A stretch of 64,000 nucleotides of DNA from the human T2T-CHM13v2.0 reference genome, Homo sapiens: NCBI RefSeq assembly GCF_009914755.1, contig NC_060937.1; one strand, given 5' to 3'. The notes under the pieces are model-generated. The model did no database searches. It was not told where the DNA came from and was given only the letters and a program-made list of their open reading frames with translations. Positions 14,216 to 31,282 of the stretch are shown piece after piece. Numbering within the stretch: the stretch's first letter is position 1; each line of letters starts with the position of its first letter. The translations under genes and the position numbers were made by a program.

Positions 14216-17012
14216 AGATGAATAAATTCTGTCAGTTACAATGCTTATCTAGAAATATTAAGATGGAACCATTCTAAAATATGACCGCTGTTAAGTACAA
14301 TTTTGTGAATCCTGTTTTCCAAAGAGATTGGATTATCCCACCTATTGCAAGAATATATTTATATCTTACAACATATCTCATAATTTATATTCAGTATATT
14401 TTTGAGGATGGTATTAAAATTATGCTCAGTTTAAAAAATATATATATAGTAAACTACAACTTCTTCTTCCTTATAATAATACGTGTTGGTAAATTATTTT
14501 CTTATTTTAGGAATGTACTACCTTTTGCTAGTTACGATAGAGTATAAATTTTGATAGTTCTTATATGTGGTAAGATGGAATATTTCAAAGGGTCCCAAGT
14601 ATAACTAAGTTTTACATTGTTTTTCTTCAAATCACTATTAACAGCAACAGTAAAGTATATCTTTAAAAAGTGTATCTTCTGAATCTTTTATAAAATAAAC
14701 ATTTAGTGTTTTTTTCTTTAAGTTGGAAATGTACATGTCAACTCATGTATTTCAGGGAACTAAAAAGTAACTGTTGTCTTTCCTCAAGATGTTTCCCTAT
14801 TGCACTTGTAAGCACTTTTTTCCTATACTATCAGATCACAATGAACATTACAGACAAGATATACAAGAGTCTCAGCCCTTCCACTGTATTGGGCTTCCTC
14901 ACAATTTAATAAACAATTCTACTGTTCTCTGTTTGTTCAGTCAAAAACAATTTATTAAGCATATACCACATGCTAGCCATTGCGCTTAGACCTCACAAGT
15001 TTACAAAGAAAAGGGCCTTTTCCCTCAAGGAATTTATATTCTAAGAAGTTAGCAGATGACACATAAACCAGCAATTATAATAAAACGTGGTGAGAAAGAA
15101 TATATAAAGAATGATGAGAATGCAGGGGAGGGAACAATTCTTTCTACTGAAGAAGTTAAAAACAATTCCCAGAAGAAGTGAAGCTTGCGTTAATTCTCCA
15201 ATGAACAGAAGGCTGGGAGAAGGTGGTGAGTCAGAGAGTAGAGGGAGAGAGAGAATGGCACAGGCAAAGGGAAGAGCGTGTGCAAAAGTATGAAAGCGTA
15301 AAAAGACGTGGCACACTGTGCAGAATGGCAAGAGAGGACAGCAGGGAAGCTTATGCAGGGCACAGGACACAAAGGGCTTATATACACCAAACTAAGGAAG
15401 TTAGATTTTATTTATTAAGTGACAAAGTTACTTGATCTGTTTCCTATTCTCTAGAGGTAGGGAGAAGAGAAGATGAATTCGATAAATACTTAGGTAAAAT
15501 TGGAAAGACTTTGTGTTTGATTGAATATGAAGGGTGGGAGGGGCAAAGAGAGAGAGAAAGGGTTCTAAGATATTTCTTGGGTTTGGGTGAGTTAGATGAA
15601 AGCTTTTACTACCAAATGAGATCAAGAATACAGGAAGTGTTGGTTTAGGGGGAAGACGATGAGTGCAGTTTGGCATATTCTGAATCCAAGGTAACTGAGA
15701 GAGATCCAAAACCAGGTGTCTGGCAGCTAGTTTGTAAATACACAGATGGCTGAGGCTCAGGAGTGTAGCCTGGGCTGGAAGCACTGAAAGAGATTTGGGA
15801 GTCATCTCATGAATGCTAAAACCAAGGAGGCTGAAGAAGAGTAGTAAGTGAAGGACAAAATTCTATGAAGTGCCAATGTTTAATAGGCAGGAGGTGGAAG
15901 AGGGCCAATGACAGAGAGAGACTAGGACAGTGTGGTTTCAGAGAAATCAAGAGGACTTGTGACACAAACATTTGCCTAATTAACAGATCTTTCGTTGACA
16001 TGATCTCAGGCACTGTGTCAGAAGTTTCATGTAAGTCACTGTAACCTTGAAGTAGATATTATCATCTCTATTTTACAGATGAAGTAGGCTTTAAAGCAGC
16101 TCATAAACCACAAGCTACACAGGAGCTGGGAGACTCTATATATTCAGCCTGTGAAGGCTTCTCACAATTAGGGACACTCTTCTTCCAGCTAGAATGTGGT
16201 ACAGTAGATGTGTTGGAGGGATGGAGAAGGGGAAGGATCAGGGTTGAGACCCCAATCAGCGTGGGATAAAAGTACAGAGAAGTCTAAGTATAGAAAAGTC
16301 TAAGTTAAGGGTGGCCAGCATTTGGATGAATGGTGAGAGAGCAGATCTTACACCTTGCCCTTTCATGATACTTCTAACGCTTCCCAATTCTGTAACTCTC
16401 CAGTTCTGCCTCATCTTTTACCTGCCAATTGCTTAATTTTCTTGTCATCCTTAAGTTACATCTTACAGTCCTGATTTCCCTGCCAGTCCTTTATGAATGT
16501 AGGAATGTAAGTTGATTTTCCTCCCACAGCCACTGCATGTGCATTTTAAAAATTTATCTTTGACTCTGTAATGAATGCTATGTATATTCTCTATCCTTAC
16601 AGCCATTTACTGTTTCTGGTTCCTTTTAAAGCCTCCTTCCCTCACCCCTTCCCCTCTCATCATGCTCATTCCTCTATTTCTCGTATGAATATCCTCATAG
16701 ACTTTGCCTAAGGGGGGAAAATCCTATTTTTCTAATAGTTCATCACTAAGGTCTTTCTCCCAATCATCCGAAATACTGGGTCTTAATTCTCCTTCAAAAA
16801 AAAAAAAATCCTGGAAATATATGATTAATGCTGTTGTTCATTCTGAGAACATAAACAGTCCTCCATCTATGTAAATAACAAAGAAAGAAAACTATCTAAT
16901 GAGGAAAATGTGTGTGCAGGCTGATGAATTTATCTCCTTGATAGTTAGAAAGATTATCTACTATGTCTCTCTCTCTGAAAGTTAAAAAAATAAAAATAAA
17001 AATAAGTTACTG

Positions 17013-18185
<1,173 letters not shown>

Positions 18186-19632
18186 AAGTTACCGATATTC
18201 TTTCTCAGTATCCTCTAAAAACAAGTACCTATTTTTTCTCCCTTATGGCACAGAGGCAGCAAAGCTGGTAAAGAAATACTACAATCCTTCTGGAGACCAG
18301 AATCCTGACTTCTGGATGTGACAACAATCTAACAGGATTCTCTGATGCAGACTAGCAGGAGGTATGAACACCCCTCCCAAGTCTTCCTCTGCCAATATGA
18401 AAAGCTGCTCCACAAATCTTGCCCCTATACGTAGAGGGCGAATGAAGAGAACACTGATCTCAATTTCAAGAAGAAACTAAAGAACATCTACAGATTTTTC
18501 TTCTATCTGAAGAGTCAAAACTAATTAAACTGCAATAACTTTCTACCTTGTCTTCAAATCTCTTTACGTTCAAAACTTCCATTAACCCATTTCATATAAT
18601 CTCCACTACCATTTGCTATCTTCATACCAAGAAAATAAAATGTTTGCTTACTGCTCTTTGAAATTCCAACTCTTTTCATACTTATGCCTCAAAAATATTA
18701 CTTGTCAATAAAAAGAAAAACATTTTACTTGTCATTTGCCAAGTACTCCCCCAATTTTCTCCAAAGTTTGTTAAATCTCATTCATATCTTCATTATCTCT
18801 CACGAGATAGAGAATTTCTCAGTGCTCTTTCAGGACTGACTAGTGAGCCCCTTCCTTCAAACTCACCCCACTAGAATGATCTAATTGTTTGCTTCCCCAG
18901 CTTAGGTGGTTCTTGTTGAATTTCATCAAAAGAGACAGAGAAGAAACAACTAGGATGGTGAGAAAAGCAATACAACAAAGTATGGGGTCATAGAAGCCAA
19001 AACAAGGGGCTGTTCTGATGTAGATAATATATCAAATACTGCCGAGGTCACATAAGCTGAGACTACAAAATGTCCTCATTGAACTGGTAACAAGGAGGTC
19101 ACTGGTGATCATGACAAAACAGTGTCCACGGTGGAGTGGGTACCAGGCTGAAATGAGCTGAATGAATGAATGAGAGGTGAGGAAGTGAACACAACACACC
19201 AGGGAATATGGGGGTAAAGGAAAAATTTTTTACTCTAAAAAATGGGACATACTTTTAAGTTTACATAAGGTAGGAATAAGGTAGAGAGAAACAAACTGGT
19301 GATGGGGTAAAATAGGGAAAAATATCAAAGTAGAAAAGTCTTGAAAGGGAAAGAAAAGAGGCCTAGAGCAAATACAGAGACATGGGCTTATGTTGTACAG
19401 AATAGATCTATAAAGATAGCAAAGACAGACAAGATGGATGCAGCTGTAAGATGCAGATGCAACAGCAGATTTGGAGGTGAGTTCTTTCTTTCTTTAGGTA
19501 AAGAAAAAATGCCTTAAAAAGTTTATTAAATTCCACGGTGTATAGGATATACTTCATAATGAATCCAACTAATTTTAATAATTATCTTTATGATTCTGAG
19601 TATAGAATGATTTTATATATATATTTTTGTAA

Positions 19633-19951
<319 letters not shown>

Positions 19952-20308
19952 AAGGCAGTGCAATTTTTAAAAATTCTATTTGTGTTTAATACTGCCAGAA
20001 TCAGATTTTTCTTCTTCAATTAAGTGACTGCATTTTGTGACTAATACACTTTGAAATAACTGTATACCACATTAAATATGGTAATACATCGAATAGCCCT
20101 AATTTAAAAAAATAGCTAGGGAAAAGAAAAAATATCCTACTACAGTTGCAGGTCATTAACTATTAAGCTGATAAAACATTGCTCATTAGGAGGCAGAACT
20201 TTCTTCTAGTATATCTTAGAAATAATTCACATCAAAGTCAAATATTTTGATAAAGAGGAGATAAAAATTAGAGGATAATTTCATGTTTTTATTCAGATAT
20301 CTGATAAA

Positions 20309-20422
20309 GAGGAGGCTGAGGCATGAAAATCACTTGAACCCGGGAGGTGGAGGTTGCAGTGAGCCAAGATCACGCCACTGCGCTCTAGTCTGGGCGTGAG
20401 ACTGTCTAAAAAAAAAAAAAAA
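20309..20422 (+). mobile_element. 5'-truncated Alu right arm
   Basis: Right-arm consensus with an A tail. Confidence 0.88.
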
Positions 20423-20529
20423 GAGTTGATGCATTATTTCTAAAATGTATGAAAGCATTACTACAAAATGGATCTAATTTTGCTGACAAAATAATACCAA
20501 GTAATCCTTTTTAAATTTTTAAATATTTC

Positions 20530-20835
20530 CTTTTCCTTTCCTTTTTTTTTTTAAGACAAGGTCTCACTCTATTGCCCAGGCTGGAGTATAGCGGTACAAT
20601 CGTGGCTCACTGAAGCCAGCTTCTTAGGATCAAGTGATTCTCTCCCACCTCAGCCTCCCAAATAGAGGGTATTACAGGCGTGAGCCACCATGTGCAGCTA
20701 ATTTTTTTATTTTTTGTGGAGATGGGGGTCTCCCTATGTTGCCTAGGTTGGTCTTGAACTCCTGGGCTCAAGTGATCCTTCTGCCTTGGCCTCCCAAAGT
20801 GCTGGGGTTACAGGCATCAGCCACTATGCCTGGCC
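20530..20835 (-). mobile_element. AluJ-like
   Basis: Alu consensus. Confidence 0.9.
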
Positions 20836-22666
20836 CCAATTAATACTAACTGGGAAGAAGACCAACATAAATTATTGAAAGTTTTAACTGGGAAATATTT
20901 AAAAAAACACGTAGTCTTCATACTTTCAATACACAGAAAGGCTAAAAGTGCATAGCAAAAATACTCAAGGGATTCACTGAAATAGATCAGGATAATTTGT
21001 AATTAGCATGTAGTTAATTTTAGATGAGCATCTATTATGTGTCAGAGAATGTTTTTAGGCAACATACCAAGCAACTGGGGATATAAAAATAACCACATAT
21101 ATTTTTCCACTTTGAGATTATGGCTTAATTAAGAAAGATTAGAAATCAGAGAGTACAGTGTAACAAAATACAAAAAATGAGAAAGCATAAGACTGTTTAT
21201 TGGTTTCACAGATGACTTCATAGAGTAGGGTAGCTGAGAAGTGGAAGCTGTTTAGCAGGGAGCAGGAGTATGGTAATTCCATATAAAGGTCATAGGCAGC
21301 ACTTGAGGCACTACCAGGAGTCTGGACTGTGAATGCAGCAATGAAGCTGTACAGGTACTTCTTTTCAGAAGCACGGTATGCTTCTAAGGTTTTGAAATGG
21401 GGTTGTCTTTTCAGTTTTTGAAGATTAATCTCTTATCTCTCAATTTTTTTTTCCTTAAGATGATTTAAATTTTCTCTCTTCAGTTTTTATTTTACTCATT
21501 TTTCTTGAAAACACTTTTTAATAGAATTTCTAAAATCACATTATATTTATGTAGAGTTTTACACAAAAGCTGAATTAATCTACTCTGGCTCTCATATTCT
21601 GCCTTTAGATCAAAATTATTATAGAACCCTCCCCAGCCTTCCTTACTTCAGGAAAAAAACATCAAATAATCATAAGATAACTCAGTTTATATCCACAGAG
21701 ATTATCTGAGTTTTCACAACTGGTAAATATCTTTCTTAAGAGTCTCAAAATGCTTCCAGAAAAGTCTATATTATGGAAAGGTACCTCAAAGCCATAGCTC
21801 TGATCTAAATATTGGTACTTGAAATTTAAACATCTTGCTTAAAATCTACTTTAAAATGCCAAATTAGTAATTTCCTAAAGTAAAACCTTACAAAATATTT
21901 ATTAACTATGATTTTAAAAATACCATTTATTTACAAACTCATTAAGAGGCTAAGGCTCAGTTAATATTAAATCTTACAAAAAAATATAGCAATATTACCA
22001 ATTATAAACTTAAAATGTACCAGACACACAGCAAGAAAACTAAAACCAACTTGCCCAAGGTTACACAGCTAATAGAGCTAGGAATCTAAACCAGGCTTAA
22101 AACCCATGTTCTTAATATTTTTTAAGGCTACATACCAGATACTATAAATGTTTAAAATATCTTATTTTATTAAATTCTTTCAACAATCCCATAAGGAAGG
22201 CATTACTATCTTATTTTAAAAGGTGATGAAAGTGAGGATGAAAGAGATTAAGTAATTTCCCCGGGTCATAAAACTAGGAAAAATTTGAATTTAAGTCTGT
22301 CAACTTCAAAACACACACTTTTGTTCACTAACCATATACTACATTCCAGTAAATTCCCACTATAAAAAATTTAGGAGCTTGTTAACCTCAAAGTCTATAG
22401 GGATGTTCTGGTGCTATGACTGGAAGGAATTGGTAAAGGGTGGGGTGAAGTGGGTATAAAGATAAGTAGACAGTTTAGTATAAGGAACTAATACTCACAG
22501 AATATAATGAAAGTCCACTAAATATTGATACAGAATGTACAGAAATAGATATTTATCAATAAACAATAACTGATTAATATTGATTTTATGGAGTTATTAT
22601 ACCTTTGTCATATTTTTCTTCTCCATGGAGTGTTATATGATAAACTTATTCTCAATTTAAAACTAA

Positions 22667-22961
22667 ATTTTTTTTTTTTTGAGACACGGTCTTGCTCTGT
22701 TGCCCAGGTGACCACACACAGCTCACTGCAATTGCAACCTCAACCTCTCGAGCTCAAGCGATCCTGTCACCTCACCCTCCCAAGTAGCTGGGACTACAGG
22801 TGTGCATCACCACGCCTGGCTAATTTTTCTTTTACATTATTTGTAGAGATAGAGACTTGCTATACTGCCCAGACTGGTCTTGAACTCCTGGGCTCAAGCT
22901 ATCCTCTTGCTTCAGCCTCCCAAAGTGCTGGGATTACAAGCGTGAGCTAATGCACTCAGCC
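22667..22961 (-). mobile_element. AluJ-like
   Basis: Alu consensus; possible TSD TAAAA(C/T)TAA. Confidence 0.9.
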
Positions 22962-23785
22962 ATAAAATTAATGTTGATTTGAGAATGTTGTAAATCTCTT
23001 GAGATAACTGTAAAAGCTCTGCTGCATTCAATGAAAGGTTATAAACCACTGATTTAGAAATTACATTTGTTTCTTAATTCTCCAATTCCTTCTTTAGACA
23101 ACAGGAAACAATAATTAATTTATCACCAATCTCAGGTGAACACTTTTTCTACACTTATAAAATAAGAGTGGTCCATCTCTCAGATCCTTGATAAGGTTCA
23201 CTAAATTAACTATGCCAACTTCTATTTTAGCTGTCTATTTCTACGGTCACTCCCTGAACCCTGAAATCACCTGCAAGTGCTTCAGCTTAGAAACTGTAAA
23301 TTCAGACACCTACTCTATGACCATGGTTGTTTTCTGCTCTTGGACATCCACTACATCTGTTTTCAACCTCACTGGCAGCTTTCTCTCTAGGCTTTTTTCT
23401 ATTCCTGGAGTTTATCATGAAAAGGGGATTTTTTTCCCTCTTGACTTTCCTACTTTCTTTTTAAATTTTTCTTCCTATTTTACTTTATTCTCTATTGTCT
23501 CTGCTTAAACTCCATGGCTCATTAGTTAAAACCTCTCTTGCTCCTAACACTGTTAACTCCCTAGGCCGTGACTTCCTCCATTCTTCTGCCTAGCAAATCC
23601 TAACTGTCCAACTATTCTAATCTACAACTACACTGATCAATGACTCATTCTTTCATAATCTATGTTCTCTTCTAGTCCTTGAAGGATTCCCAGAAGTCTG
23701 TTTCTCTCATCAGTTCTTTTTCCATATCCCAGAAGCTACTTCAAACCTTCTTTCTCCATAAAGCTCAGACCTACTATATCCAACA

Positions 23786-24103
<318 letters not shown>

Positions 24104-24536
24104 CACCCTAAATCCTATTTTATAAAGAAAATCAAGGCTACTCCAAAACACCTCCCTCATTTGCTTGCCAGTAATTTGCAAATATCTGCATAAAATGCTC
24201 ATTTGTTCACCCTTTTCTCCTGATACAGTGGGAAAGACATCCTCCCTGTGGAATGCTGATCCTTCCACTCCTGTTCTGAAGACAATCCCTTCTTTCCTAT
24301 TTTCCAGGATTTTGTCCTATTCATACTTCCTTTGTATTGTCCACCTCTCCTTCTCATCAACAAGAAACATGCTCACCACCTAAAATAAACCAATATTCTC
24401 TTGGCCTTTTTTCTCTACCCTTAGCTACTACCCTCTAACTCCTCTGTTCATGACCATGTCTCTCAAGAGGTCTGCGTTTACTTTTCTCATATCCGCCCTC
24501 ACGTCTCAGTGCTCTGCAACTTGGCTTTAGATCTCA

Positions 24537-25152
<616 letters not shown>

Positions 25153-25631
25153 TACTTGTTAAAATGTCAAACACTTCCAGCTGCTAAATATAGAGGATAC
25201 TTCTCAGTCCTTAGCTCACTCAACTCCCTACATTTACTTGGTTTTGACATTTGATAAGTTCCCTTTTTCTTTAACACTTTCTCTGCTTGGCTTCTGTGAT
25301 AACACTCTCCTGGCATTCCTCTACCTCTCTGATTACTCTGCCATGACCTCTTTCCGTCCACTCCCCTAAGTGGTGTGGCTCCTCTGGATGCCCTTGAAGG
25401 CTTCTCATCTTTTATTTTAGATACTCTGCCTCATACCCTCATCCATTAAAACATTGATGTTTTAATAATTTATCTGTAATTGCTCAAAGACTTTGAAAAA
25501 GTTACCTCCTTACTTCATGTTTTAAAAACACCTATTAAATAACATGGTACAAATCTCATACCTTAATTCCTTAATAATACTTCAGTTAAATAAAACACAT
25601 AACTAGAAATTTAACAACAAACCAAAATTAC

Positions 25632-25707
25632 CTTTATCGCCAAGGTCTCTGAAAAAAGTTGATCCACAGCCAGCTGTTTGGATCCCTGACAGTGTATCCT
25701 CGATGTC
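25632..25707 (-). CDS. MICU2: MICU2 coding exon 4 (76 nt, DIEDTLSGIQTAGCGSTFFRDLGDK+G)
   Basis: AAG acceptor and GTAATT donor; in frame with exons 3 and 5; matches recalled MICU2. Confidence 0.95.
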
Positions 25708-25753
25708 CTTTGAATACACATATTAAAATTAAACTTCTAAAAGTTCATTTTCT

Positions 25754-25927
25754 TTGTAGCTGGGACTACAGACGCCCACCTCCATAGCCGGCTAATTTCT
25801 TTTTGTATTTTTAGTAGACACAGGGCTTCACTGTGTTAGCCAGGATGGTGATCTCCTGACCTCGTGATCCGCCCACCTTGGCCTCCCAAAGTGCTGGGAT
25901 TACAGGTGTGAGCCACCGTGCCCGGCC
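25754..25927 (-). mobile_element. 3'-truncated Alu (left arm plus ~40 nt of right arm, no tail)
   Basis: GGCCGGG start at 25927; perfect 15-bp TSD AAAAGTTCATTTTCT at 25739-25753 and 25928-25942. Confidence 0.93.
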
Positions 25928-25986
25928 AAAAGTTCATTTTCTATCTTACCAAAAACAAACCCTGCCCCCCACAACATGATGCTTAC

Positions 25987-26018
25987 CTTTTTTGTCAGCT
26001 TCTTGACTGAAGTTTTAC
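25987..26018 (-). CDS. MICU2: MICU2 coding exon 3 (32 nt, (R)KTSVKKLTKK)
   Basis: TTGTAG acceptor and GTAAGC donor. The leading GT completes the Arg codon C|GT from exon 2. Confidence 0.93.
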
Positions 26019-29000
26019 CTACAACAAATAAGAAACATTATTTAGTATCCATATTCTTTGGTAAAACTCAACTTGCACTAAGAAAGAAAATTATTTAAAA
26101 GACAAAACAAACAACTAAATATTTATTTAAAAAGCAAAGGCTTGTAATTTTAGCTAATATCCTTAAGCCATAATCATGAGTCAGAGAATTCTAAGACTAA
26201 ACACAAAGACACTACAGTTTTTCACAAGATCCATTTTCAATTTCACTCACCCTATTTCATACATATGAAATTGTATATAACCATCTATGATTTATCCTAG
26301 TTGTATGAATCATATTATTAATTCTTGTCAAACATAATTTCTTCACATGATTATTAAAATCACTCTCTTTTTACTTTCATTGATTTAGAAAAAAACACTC
26401 ATGATTTATAAAGCTTCCTTTTTTTGAACTCTGGAAAGTCCTCTTAGGCTTATAACTCTCCAGTCAAATGTAAAAGTCTAGCCAACATAACCATCCATTC
26501 TAAAGTAGTTACTTTTAATAATTTCCTACTGGATAACAGAGATTTAAAATTCTTTCAGGTTTTCAGCCACCCTCTTTACTGCCTACATCATTTTCCTAAT
26601 ATCCACCATAATTCTAAAGCTATTACATTGTTTCTTTTTTTTAGGACTTACTCTGATGATAGCCTCAAATCATTTTAAACATCCAGAACAAAACTGAAAA
26701 ATGTTTTATTTTGTTTCTTACATAAGCAATATACAGCACTAACTTTACTTATTGCTCTCAAAATTATCTTGTCTATGAAGTTCCTTCAGCACAATTACGC
26801 AGTCTGTAGAAATTCAGGTGGCACATTAAAAAAGAGTGCTTTTAGATGTGGCTTTTCTGTAGTTTGGGTTGTTTAATTTGGACGATAAATCTACAAGGGC
26901 AAATTCTATTATTTGGTATTAGTAAACTGTCAGGATTTTATTTTTACATTATTAGTCAAAACATTACTTGTGAATATGACTACATACTTTTTAGAAACAT
27001 CTATGACTATGTTTGTAAGCTTAGGTGTTGTTATTTTGGGATAATTTTTACTCACTGGAGAAACTATTATGTGCCAGCCAAAGACAAAGAGCCCCAGATT
27101 CTACTGTTAGGTGTTGTTATAGTATCAGATAATCAAATAGATAAAAATTACCATTTATTGGACAAATCTAAGTGAGTGAATGTGTATATAATACGTAGTC
27201 ATATAATGCTGATAATGAACTCCAAAAAACTGTGTAATACATGTATTTACTTATCTTTACATAGTCAATTAACTTAAAAAAGAAACTGATCATTATTTCT
27301 ATGCTTGTCCTAAAGTTACGCCACAAATAGTCATTACCATGTACCCTTTTATTTTTAGACAACTAAAATTAGTCTTATCTGTTTTTAAAAAGCGGATTAA
27401 TCCTTACATCCAACTTAAAGTATTCTAGAAAGCAATGATTGACATTTTGAAGGCAGAAGAGGATCAAGAATTTAAGGTAGCAAAATGGATGGTGTCTAAG
27501 AGTTTCTTAGAAATCAGATTATTTCTAAGGGGTGTTATCTGTTTGAAGGCTAGATTCCTTTTTGGTCTTTCAAAAATCTGTTAAAAAAAAAAATCCTTCT
27601 ACTTGAAACTGAGTGAGTAAAGAAGGTAATGTTTGCTTCCCTCCAGCTAGAAGTCTGGCTGCCAAACAGGTAAGCCAATAAAATTCAATACTATGTGAAT
27701 GAAATACCACAATAAAGTCATGAATTGATTGAATAATATAACACCAGAATTACAGGTAAAAAGTAAATTATAAAATCTATGGAGGCAGATTTCATACCTG
27801 TCTTACTTTTATGTAGGTCAGTGCTAAACATTTAAATATTTGTTGAATGAGTAACTGAATAAACAAATCAGAAAAGATTTCACAATGTCTTCTTATCCAG
27901 GTCCCTGTCTTTTGGATAAATTATTATATCCCCACTTTACATGTAAAACAAATTGGCAAGAGGAATTAGGTAACAATATGGGCCTTGAAGGATTTATTTT
28001 CATATCTCATATAGATTTTTCAAAAACAGGTGTTAGACTCTTTGAATTCCATGACAGTAGTAAAAAGAGCCTGCGGCCTACTTTCAACACTTAACAAAAC
28101 TGAATAATTATGCATGGTACGATTATAGAGGCAGTTTTGCTGCTTTTCATTATTTAATGTAGATTACAAGTTCTATTTGACATGTATATAAAAATTTGAT
28201 CATCAAAAAGGAGAAAACCAGATACTTAATGCAGTTTAAGTTGTAAAAACATCTTTTTAAATTTTTTTAATTCAAATGGAATAAATAATTAGAAAATAAT
28301 GAAGAAATTAACTTTTTGATTAAAAGTTTAGAAGCTAGTCTCTTACATAAAATTCATTTTTAGATTAAAAAAAAAAGACAAGGCAAAGATACTAGGAATG
28401 AACACCCGTTCTCTCCTGCTTCCTCTTTCTCTTCAGTTAATGCACCTCTCCCTGAGTATTATGAGAGGTTGTGGTGTTTCTAATCCAGAACACTCTGGCA
28501 GGGTTTTCTTGGTAGACAGTTGTCTCACCCAGGATGCTTACTCTATACTACTTGTTCATGGCTGAGCAGCAAAATAAGAGGTCCATGGTCTGACCTGCAC
28601 AGCAGGAGCCATGACCTTTTTTCTCCCTACAGCAGTAACAAGGCAAGAGCATATTAAATACACCTAAGTATTTCTGGACAATATTTTTCTATTTAAGGAT
28701 AAAACCCATCTGGCAAATAATCTAATTTTTCCTTCTGTTTTTGTTTGAGTTTGTTTTTTTCAATGTAGGGTAGGGGGACACTCCTGTCTCTCTTTCTTTG
28801 GCTATTTCCACATTCACACAAATAAAAAATTCAGTCTCATTATTTTCACAGCTATTTGATATGTATTCACACACTTATGTATGAAAATAACAGAATGGGG
28901 CAAAAAACAGGAAAAAAGATCTAGAATTGAGGTTGTAATGTTTCATTGTATGAATATGAAAACAAGAAAAACACATTAGGGGTTTTTGTTTTTGTAGGAG

Positions 29001-30996
29001 GCGGCATAGATCTTGAAGCACTAGGAATTTTGGTTCAGGAAGTAAAATGTTTTAAAAGGATTCCACCCATATTAGAGATTCCACCATGTGGTTTTCACTA
29101 TTTACAGAGGATTTATGAAGTAAAATCCAGATACAGCATATCCTGTTATAGGTAAGTGAGCCTTTTAATACTTAAAATAGTAAAGCTGCATTGATACACA
29201 TTAAGTGTTCTTATAGATCCAATAAATCTGCCCCTGGCCAAAATAAAGTTATTTGATAATCATAATTACAAAAACAATACCAGCACTACATAACTTAATT
29301 TCATTTTGTAGAGGTTACTAGTCTAATACATAAAAATTAGACAATAGACACATTTTCTTTATTTCATAACTTTTTCATAAATATATGTGACAACTTGGCA
29401 TCAATATTAGAATCAGCCTAAGACAGAGCTGATTATACTCTAATACATGCTTTTATTCAGTCACAGCTATTATGGAAACCAAGGCAGAAAATGATGCATT
29501 AGCAAAACTAACCTTCTTCATATCACTAATAAAAGTGGTAAATGCTACAGCTAACATCATACTACAAGCTCTCAGCTTTTCTTCTAAGAACTGAAATGAG
29601 ACAAGGATGCTCACCCCTTTTATTCAACATAGAACTGGAAGTCCTAGTCAGAGCAATTAGGCAAGAGAAAGAAAAATAAAGGGCATCCAAATTGGAAAGG
29701 AAGAAGTCAAACTGTTCCTATTTGCAGACAACATGATCTTATACATAGAAAAACCTAAAGTCTCTACCAAAAAACTCTTAGAATAAATGAATTCAGTAAA
29801 GTTGCAGATATAAAATCAACATAGAAAAATCAGTAGCATTTTCTATATGCAAGCAATGAACTAAGAAATCAAGAAGCAATCCATTTGCAATAGGTACAAA
29901 AACACATACACACAAAACAAATGGGAATAAATTTAACTGAGGAGGTGAAAACCTTCACAAAAATAACTACAAAACACTGACGAAAGAAACCGAGGAGGAT
30001 ACAGACGAATGGAAAAACATCCCCGGCTCGTGGATCAGAAGAATTAATATTGTTAAAAGGACCACACTATCCAAAGTGATCTATAGATCCAATGTAATCC
30101 TTATCAAAATAACAATGACACTCTTCATGCAAGTAGAAAAAAAAATCCTAAAACTTCTATGGAACCACAAAAGACCCTAAACAGCCACAACAATCCTCAG
30201 CAAAAGGAACAAAGCTGGAGGCATCAAACTACCACACTTCCAAATATACTACAAAGCTGTAGTAACCAAAAAACAGCATGGTATGGCATAAAAACAGAAA
30301 CACAGACCAACAGAACAGAGAACCTAGAAATACATCCATGTATCTACAGCCAATTGATTTTAGTTAGAAGTACCAAGAACCTAAGTTGAGGAGAGAACAC
30401 TCTCTTCAATAAATGGTGCTGGGAAAACTAGATGTCCACATGCAGAAGAATGAAACCAGATCTAACCCCCTCACCTTATATAAAAATCAACTCAAAATGG
30501 ATCAAAGACCTAAATGTAAGACCTCAAACTACAAAACCACTTTAAGAAAACAGGTGAAATACTTCAGGACATTGGTTTGGGAAATGATTTTATGAATAAG
30601 ACCTCAAAAGCACAGACAACAAAAGCAAAAAATAAATTAGTGAGATGATACCAAACTTAAAAAATAAATTAGTGAGATGATGTAAAACGCTTCTGTACAG
30701 CAAAGGGAACAAACAAGGGTAAAAAGACAACCTACAGAATGGGAGAAAATATCAACAGCAAAAAATAAAAATTCAATTAAAAATGGGCAAAGAGCCTGAA
30801 TAGACACTTCAAAAAAGAACACATACAAAATGACCAATAAACACATGAAAAAAAAAAAAAAAAAAAACTCAATACCACTGATCATCAGGGAAATGCAAAT
30901 CAAAACTATAATGAGGTATCGTCTCATCCCAGTTATGATGGCTATTAGCAAAAAGACAAAAAATAAACTCTTGCAAGGATGCAGAGAAAAGGAACT

Positions 30997-31282
30997 CTTT
31001 TTTGAGACAGGGTCTTGCTCTGTTGCCCAGGCTAGAGTGCAGTGGCATGGTCATAGCTCACTGAGTCCTCAACTTCCTGGGCTCAAGTAATCCTCTTGCT
31101 CAACTTCCCAACTAGCTGGGACTATGGATATGCACCACCAGGCCTGGCTAATTTTTTGATTTTTAGTAGAGATGAGGTCTTGCTATGTTGTCCAGGGTGG
31201 TTTCAAATTCCTGAACTCAAGCAATCCTCCCACCTCAGCCTCCCAAAGTGCTAGGATTACACTTGTGAGCCACTGCACCGGC
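30997..31282 (-). mobile_element. AluJ-like element nested in L1
   Basis: TSD AAAGGAACTCTT. Confidence 0.92.
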
